Shown here: positions 36,678 through 40,682 of the stretch, piece after piece | How the letters are laid out: each line of letters starts with the position of its first letter | Position numbering within the stretch: the stretch's first letter is position 1 | Virus record (IMG/VR): IMGVR_UViG_3300005261_000064 | Location: 1-40,682 of that record | Direction: 5' to 3' (one strand) | Source of the DNA: a virus | Lineage: Duplodnaviria > Caudoviricetes | DNA: 40,682 bases | The notes under the pieces: model-generated | What the model was told of the DNA's origin: nothing | What the model saw: the letters and a program-made list of their open reading frames with translations, nothing else | Database searches by the model: none | Made by a program: the position numbers and the translations under genes

Positions 36678-37024
36678 TCGCCCGCAGCATCATCGGCGCC
36701 CTGGCGCTGCTCCTGGCGGTCTCGCTGCTGGGCAACGTGCTGCTCTGGCAGCAGCGCACGCGGGCGATCGCGGCCGAGCTGCAGCTTGATGGCGTGCGGT
36801 CTGTCGCCTCGGCCTGCAGCGATGCAACAGATGATCTGCGCAGCCTGGCTGATCAGCGCGCGGCCGAGGCCAGGCGTGCCCGGGCCACGGCCGCCTTGTC
36901 AGCGCAGTCCTACAGCGCCCGTGCCGATGCCACGCTCAGCCAGGCCCCGGTGCCGGGTGCAGACGTCTGCACCAGCCTGCAGACGCTCGGCGACGAGTGG
37001 TTGCGGGGGAGGGTGCTGCGATGA
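36674..37024 (+). CDS. Inner-membrane spanin (Rz-like)
   Basis: N-terminal TM helix plus Ala-rich coiled coil with Cys residues, after the endolysin. Confidence 0.75.
   Translation: MIARSIIGALALLLAVSLLGNVLLWQQRTRAIAAELQLDGVRSVASACSDATDDLRSLADQRAAEARRARATAALSAQSYSARADATLSQAPVPGADVCTSLQTLGDEWLRGRVLR
36957..36972. repeat. Perfect 16-bp palindrome GTGCAGACGTCTGCAC (parS-like)
   Basis: Within the spanin gene. Confidence 0.9.
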
Positions 37025-37314
37025 TCGGGCTGCGCCCATTTGTACGCTTGGTGCCGCTCGCTCTCGGCCTGGTCCTGGGCGGCTGCGTGGCCCTGGCGCC
37101 GGCGCCGCATCGCGTCAATGTGCCCGTGCCCGTCGAGTGCCGTGAGCAGGTGCCAAATCGGCCCGTGATGCCCACTGAAACTCTCTCGCCTGGCGTCCCT
37201 ACGTTCGAGCTGCTGCGTGCCGCGCTGGCTGAGATCGACCGGCGCGAGGGGTATGAGATCCAGCTGCGCGTAGCGCTGCAGGCCTGCACTGCGCCGCTGG
37301 AGGCGCGGCCGTGA
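37021..37314 (+). CDS. Outer-membrane spanin lipoprotein (Rz1-like)
   Basis: Lipobox LGGC; VNVPVPVEC...YEIQLRVALQAC. Confidence 0.8.
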   Translation: MIGLRPFVRLVPLALGLVLGGCVALAPAPHRVNVPVPVECREQVPNRPVMPTETLSPGVPTFELLRAALAEIDRREGYEIQLRVALQACTAPLEARP

Positions 37315-37451
37315 TGCAGGCATCTGTCCCTCGCGATGCCCCGTCGCGCAGCCGCCGGCAGATCAAGCGCCAGGCCCAGCGCCAGGCGGCGCTGCCGCCA
37401 CCTCGGGACTACCCCGAACGTGAGCCGCCGCCCTGGAAACCCCTCGGCTGA
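37314..37451 (+). CDS. Small Arg/Pro-rich peptide (45 aa)
   Basis: Translated by hand: MQASVPRDAPSRSRRQIKRQAQRQAALPPPRDYPEREPPPWKPLG; TGATG coupling, GGAGG RBS, ends at the terminator. Confidence 0.45.
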   Translation: MQASVPRDAPSRSRRQIKRQAQRQAALPPPRDYPEREPPPWKPLG

Positions 37452-37454
37452 TCC

Positions 37455-37496
37455 AAGCCCGCCCACCCCTATCCATGGGGTGGGTGGGCTTTTTTG
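37455..37496 (+). terminator. Late operon terminator
   Basis: AAGCCCGCCCACCCC-TATCCAT-GGGGTGGGTGGGCTT-TTTT. Confidence 0.85.
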
Positions 37497-37699
37497 CTTC
37501 TTGCGAGCGCTCGTAGGTGCCCTTGTTGATGTTGTTTTCCTTGTTGTCTCTGTGTTTTCTCTATGTTTACGTGGTGTTATTAACCACTCAGGAGTGTTCT
37601 TGGTCCACAATCCGAGTCACACCACGTGGCGAGCAGCACAGTCGCACAGTGGGTCTACAAGAGCATTTCGTCAGTCAGGAGCCTGTGCAGGAGAGAAAA

Positions 37700-37948
37700 A
37701 TGGAAGCACTAGCAGAGCGCGTGAGTGGGGTGAAGCCCCGTTCCGGGAAGAGAGCTGCAAGGGTTGTGGAAGTCTCCGTCGTAAGGGAAACTTTTGCGGA
37801 GTATTCACTCGCAACCAGCAATGGTCAGGTTGCCGTGGACCAATTGAAGCAACAGATGCTCAACAATCCATCATTGGCAAGAAAGTTCTTCCAAACGGCT
37901 GGAATTCTTAGCTCAAGAGGCAAACTCACTAAACGTTACGGCGGATGA
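37700..37948 (+). CDS. Small basic protein, putative antitoxin/partner (82 aa)
   Basis: AGGAGAG RBS; ARKFFQTAGILSSRGKLTKRY; ATGA overlap with the next gene. Confidence 0.7.
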   Translation: MEALAERVSGVKPRSGKRAARVVEVSVVRETFAEYSLATSNGQVAVDQLKQQMLNNPSLARKFFQTAGILSSRGKLTKRYGG

Positions 37949-38583
37949 CGGCACCTGCTCGTGTTGTCATCCCATCGATCTACCAGCGAGTGTCGGGCCT
38001 AGTTCTTGGTTTTCACGGTTGTGACCAAGAAGTGGGTGAGGCTGTGTTGCGTGGCGAATTAGCTCATCTCACCGAAAGTAGGAACCCTTACGACTGGTTG
38101 GGTGATGGCATCTATTTTTGGGAAAACGATCCGAAGCGAGCGTTTGAGTTCGCGCAAGAGGCGTCCCAAAACCACCGAAGGTCTCGGGGGAAAATTAGTA
38201 ATCCCTTCGTGGTGGGGGCGATTCTTGACCTCGGGCTATGTCTCAATTGCCTGGACAGGTCTGCTCTTGATGAGTTGAGAATTGCACATGGGTTCCTTCA
38301 ATCGACGTACGAGTCGGTTGCTCAGGGAGCCCCATTTCCAGAAAACAAGGGTGAGGATCGTGGTGCTCGTTTTCTTGATGCTGCCGTGATCGCTATGCTT
38401 CACTCTCTCCGATCTGAGCTCGATGAGAAGGAAGGTAGCTACCCTGCTTACGATTCTGTTCGAGGTGCGTTTTGGGAGGGTGGTCCTGTGTACCCTGGTG
38501 CAGGGTTCGCAGTAAAAAATCACATCCAAATCGCGATAAGAAACCCCGAACAATGTATCAAGGGGTACTTTCGTCCGAGGTGA
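37945..38583 (+). CDS. ADP-ribosyltransferase-fold protein, putative toxin or defence effector (212 aa)
   Basis: GFHGC, WLGDGIYFWE, YDSVRG, HIQIAIRN: an H-Y-(Q) ART-like pattern. Confidence 0.65.
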   Translation: MTAPARVVIPSIYQRVSGLVLGFHGCDQEVGEAVLRGELAHLTESRNPYDWLGDGIYFWENDPKRAFEFAQEASQNHRRSRGKISNPFVVGAILDLGLCLNCLDRSALDELRIAHGFLQSTYESVAQGAPFPENKGEDRGARFLDAAVIAMLHSLRSELDEKEGSYPAYDSVRGAFWEGGPVYPGAGFAVKNHIQIAIRNPEQCIKGYFRPR

Positions 38584-38657
38584 TCTGGGGCGAATGGTCA
38601 TGGGCTTGAGCACCACTCTGGTCTGCGCAGCCCTTGCGACTGGCATTGGTCTTTGGG

Positions 38658-38903
38658 CTACCCCTCCCGACACCACTCGTCATCACCGCCTGGCTTGAAC
38701 CGGCTGCAGCCCCGCTCTGGAATAGCGTGCATGTGGTACAGGTCGGCGCCGCAAACTGCGTACATGTACCGGTCGTCTGATGGGCCCCAGAGCCACTTGC
38801 ACTCCCAGCATGTTCCCTTCGGTACGTGTCGGGCATGGAAGCCTGACGCCGGCAGTTTTGTGCTGTCGGTGTATGTCTGCGGTAGTGTTGGGCCCATTTC
38901 CAT
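38658..38903 (-). CDS. Small Cys-rich SOS-regulated protein (81 aa)
   Basis: CWEC...C...GC motif; ATG directly follows a LexA box. Confidence 0.65.
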   Translation of the reverse strand: MEMGPTLPQTYTDSTKLPASGFHARHVPKGTCWECKWLWGPSDDRYMYAVCGADLYHMHAIPERGCSRFKPGGDDEWCREG

Positions 38904-38904
38904 G

Positions 38905-38920
38905 CTGTTGATTTATACAG
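38905..38920. promoter_or_regulatory. LexA (SOS) box
   Basis: Minus strand TA-CTGTATAAATCAACAG-CA fits CTGT-N8-ACAG. Confidence 0.85.
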
Positions 38921-38932
38921 TATTTCAGCATG

Positions 38933-40567
38933 CTAGTGAATTGATCCCAAGTCGTCCAAGTGGTCCGCCTGGATCAGCTCGCCTTTCTTGTTGATTCTCA
39001 GCACTCGGCCAGCCCCGCCTTTGGCCACCAGCATCATGTCCATCTCACCTGCAGGTGTCTCGTCCGGGATCGTGCCTCGGTGGTAGATGACGATCCGCTC
39101 AAACGTGTCGGCGACGAGCTGGCGTGTCTGCAGGCGGATTTCGTAGTCTTGGTGCTCCACGCCCGCTGCGAGATCCCTCCACTTCTGGTCTGCCCCACTC
39201 AGGTCCACGCGGGCCAGCGCCGCCAGTTCTCGCTCGGCTTGAGTGATTTCCGCCTGGAGCTGCTGCTGCCGCTCCTCCAGCTCCCGGGCTCGTTTTGCAA
39301 ATACGAGCGGCGATCCATCCTCGGCGCTGGCCAGGAGAGCATCCGTGATGCGCTCAAGCTTTGTGCTGACGTCGACCAGCTCCTGCCTGGCCCTGGCCAG
39401 GGCGCTTCGGGGGATGGCCGCTCGATCGCCGCTGTGCAGCGCCCTCAGGTTCATCACGTCTGAGCAGTAGCTCATCATTGCCCGCTCGAACGGCGCCACC
39501 GAAGTTGAGCCCGCCACGTTGCATCCTCCGGTGTTGTAGCTGGTGCAGTACAGACGTCTGTGGCCTTCTTGTATGAGCCCTTCCTCAGTGCGGCGGCGGG
39601 TCCCGATGTTTTGGCCCACCATGGCTCGGCCACAATACCCGCACACCGTGATCCCCATGCCTGTGAGGATATGGGGCACCGGCCCCTTGGCTTTGCGTCG
39701 ACCTCGATCGCCGGCTGCTGACTGCAGCTCGCTCCACTGGGCCTCGTCGAGCAGGGCAGGGTAGTAGCCTGGCAGGGCGAATTTCTGACCTGAGATCTCC
39801 AGCTCTTTTTCCCCGATCAGCGCTCTCTGCTTGATGAGCCGATAGATCTGCAGCGCCTGGGGGCCTCGGCCAGTGAGTGATAGCTTTTTGCGCTCCAGCT
39901 CCTCGATGATCTTGGTTGCCCCATAGCCCACCAGGTAGAGACGCAGGCCCTCACGCACGGCGGCCGCTCGCTCTGGGATGAGTTTCCATTCGTCGCCCAC
40001 TCTCTCGACCCATGCCGGATCTTTGCCGTTGCGGATGACCCCTCGGAAGGTGCCAGCCATCCATGCCTCACACTGCCGGCGGATGCTGGCTGACACACGC
40101 TTGCTCTTGGTGTCACTCTCCTCATGGGCACGGATCATCACCAGCAGGCTGTAGACCAGGTCCATGGGGTTGGCCTTCAGGTGCTCGCGGCTGTAGGTCT
40201 TTCCATCGCTGGCCGTGACCACAGTGATGCCGGCATTTACAATCTGGGCCAGTTGCGCCTGGGCCTGGATGGGCTCGGCCCGGGACAGTCGGTCGAGGCC
40301 CTCGACCACGAGCACCGAGCCTGGCGGTATCCGGCCTGCTTCCACAGCGGCCAGGAATACCCCCAGCGCCCCAGATTTGATGTGCCGTTGATGGTAGGCC
40401 GACAGGCCCTCATCACGCAGCGAGAGTGATTCGTCCAGGCGTAGGCCATGCTCTGCCGCCCATTTGGCTGCATAGGCTGCCTGGCGTTCGCTGCTGTGAC
40501 CACCGGCCTGGCGCGGATCTGAAAACCGCATGTACGAATAGACAAGACCCGACACAGGAACCCCCAT
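38933..40567 (-). CDS. Large serine recombinase (phage integrase); start at ATG 40567 or GTG 40555
   Basis: [11 protein letters not shown] catalytic Ser, VEGLDRLSR, recombinase domain, CGYCG zinc ribbon, coiled coil. Confidence 0.95.
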   Translation of the reverse strand: MGVPVSGLVYSYMRFSDPRQAGGHSSERQAAYAAKWAAEHGLRLDESLSLRDEGLSAYHQRHIKSGALGVFLAAVEAGRIPPGSVLVVEGLDRLSRAEPIQAQAQLAQIVNAGITVVTASDGKTYSREHLKANPMDLVYSLLVMIRAHEESDTKSKRVSASIRRQCEAWMAGTFRGVIRNGKDPAWVERVGDEWKLIPERAAAVREGLRLYLVGYGATKIIEELERKKLSLTGRGPQALQIYRLIKQRALIGEKELEISGQKFALPGYYPALLDEAQWSELQSAAGDRGRRKAKGPVPHILTGMGITVCGYCGRAMVGQNIGTRRRTEEGLIQEGHRRLYCTSYNTGGCNVAGSTSVAPFERAMMSYCSDVMNLRALHSGDRAAIPRSALARARQELVDVSTKLERITDALLASAEDGSPLVFAKRARELEERQQQLQAEITQAERELAALARVDLSGADQKWRDLAAGVEHQDYEIRLQTRQLVADTFERIVIYHRGTIPDETPAGEMDMMLVAKGGAGRVLRINKKGELIQADHLDDLGSIH

Positions 40568-40682
40568 GAGTGAAATTGCAACAGCGGCCCCCGAGCGTTT
40601 GCCGCGTATAGGTATGGTATCGCTTGGGTGTCCCAAGGCACTCACGGACTCCGAATTGATCCTGACTCAGCTCAGCGCTGAG
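40566..40682 (+). CDS. rimO: Reconstituted rimO (ribosomal protein S12 methylthiotransferase), 5' part; runs off the window
   Basis: [39 protein letters not shown]; AGGA RBS upstream. Confidence 0.92.
   Translation, partial: MSEIATAAPERLPRIGMVSLGCPKALTDSELILTQLSAE
40623..40630. other. attR core CTTGGGTG
   Basis: Matches 679-686; adjacent to the integrase 5' end. Confidence 0.85.

Larger units (their letters stand above)
679..40630. mobile_element. Complete temperate prophage (~39.9 kb, HK97-like head, non-contractile tail) integrated in rimO by a large serine recombinase
   Basis: att cores at both ends; integrase, immunity, replication, packaging, head, tail and lysis modules all present with no obvious frame breaks. 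Confidence 0.95.

Noticed and set aside
37517-37699. N-terminal extension of the 143-aa ORF (hydrophobic leader)
   Set aside because: T-rich intergenic sequence after the terminator; the good RBS precedes ATG 37700
40568-40645. 570-aa integrase start given in the ORF track
   Set aside because: The extension crosses attR into host rimO sequence; the catalytic domain begins just after 40567/40555

Overview
The window holds a complete ~39.9 kb temperate siphovirus-type prophage (HK97-like head, cos packaging, lambdoid cI/cro/Q control, VapE primase-helicase replication) in a probable Comamonadaceae/Burkholderiales host. It is inserted into the 5' end of rimO, just downstream of phaR. The 8-bp core CTTGGGTG occurs at both junctions (679-686 and 40623-40630), a large serine recombinase sits at the right end, and the phage supplies a replacement rimO N-terminus. 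Most notable: (1) a 16-bp palindrome GTGCAGACGTCTGCAC scattered through the phage (4 perfect and 4 degenerate copies), together with an orphan multi-domain ParB and no ParA, suggesting a phage ParB-parS-like system; (2) a ~315-nt structured, internally duplicated non-coding element in the late leader; (3) a HEPN-motif gene coupled to the broken host rimO stub; (4) a two-gene ADP-ribosyltransferase-like moron; (5) a LexA-box-controlled small Cys-rich gene next to the integrase. All calls come from reading the sequence by eye; no database searches were run.
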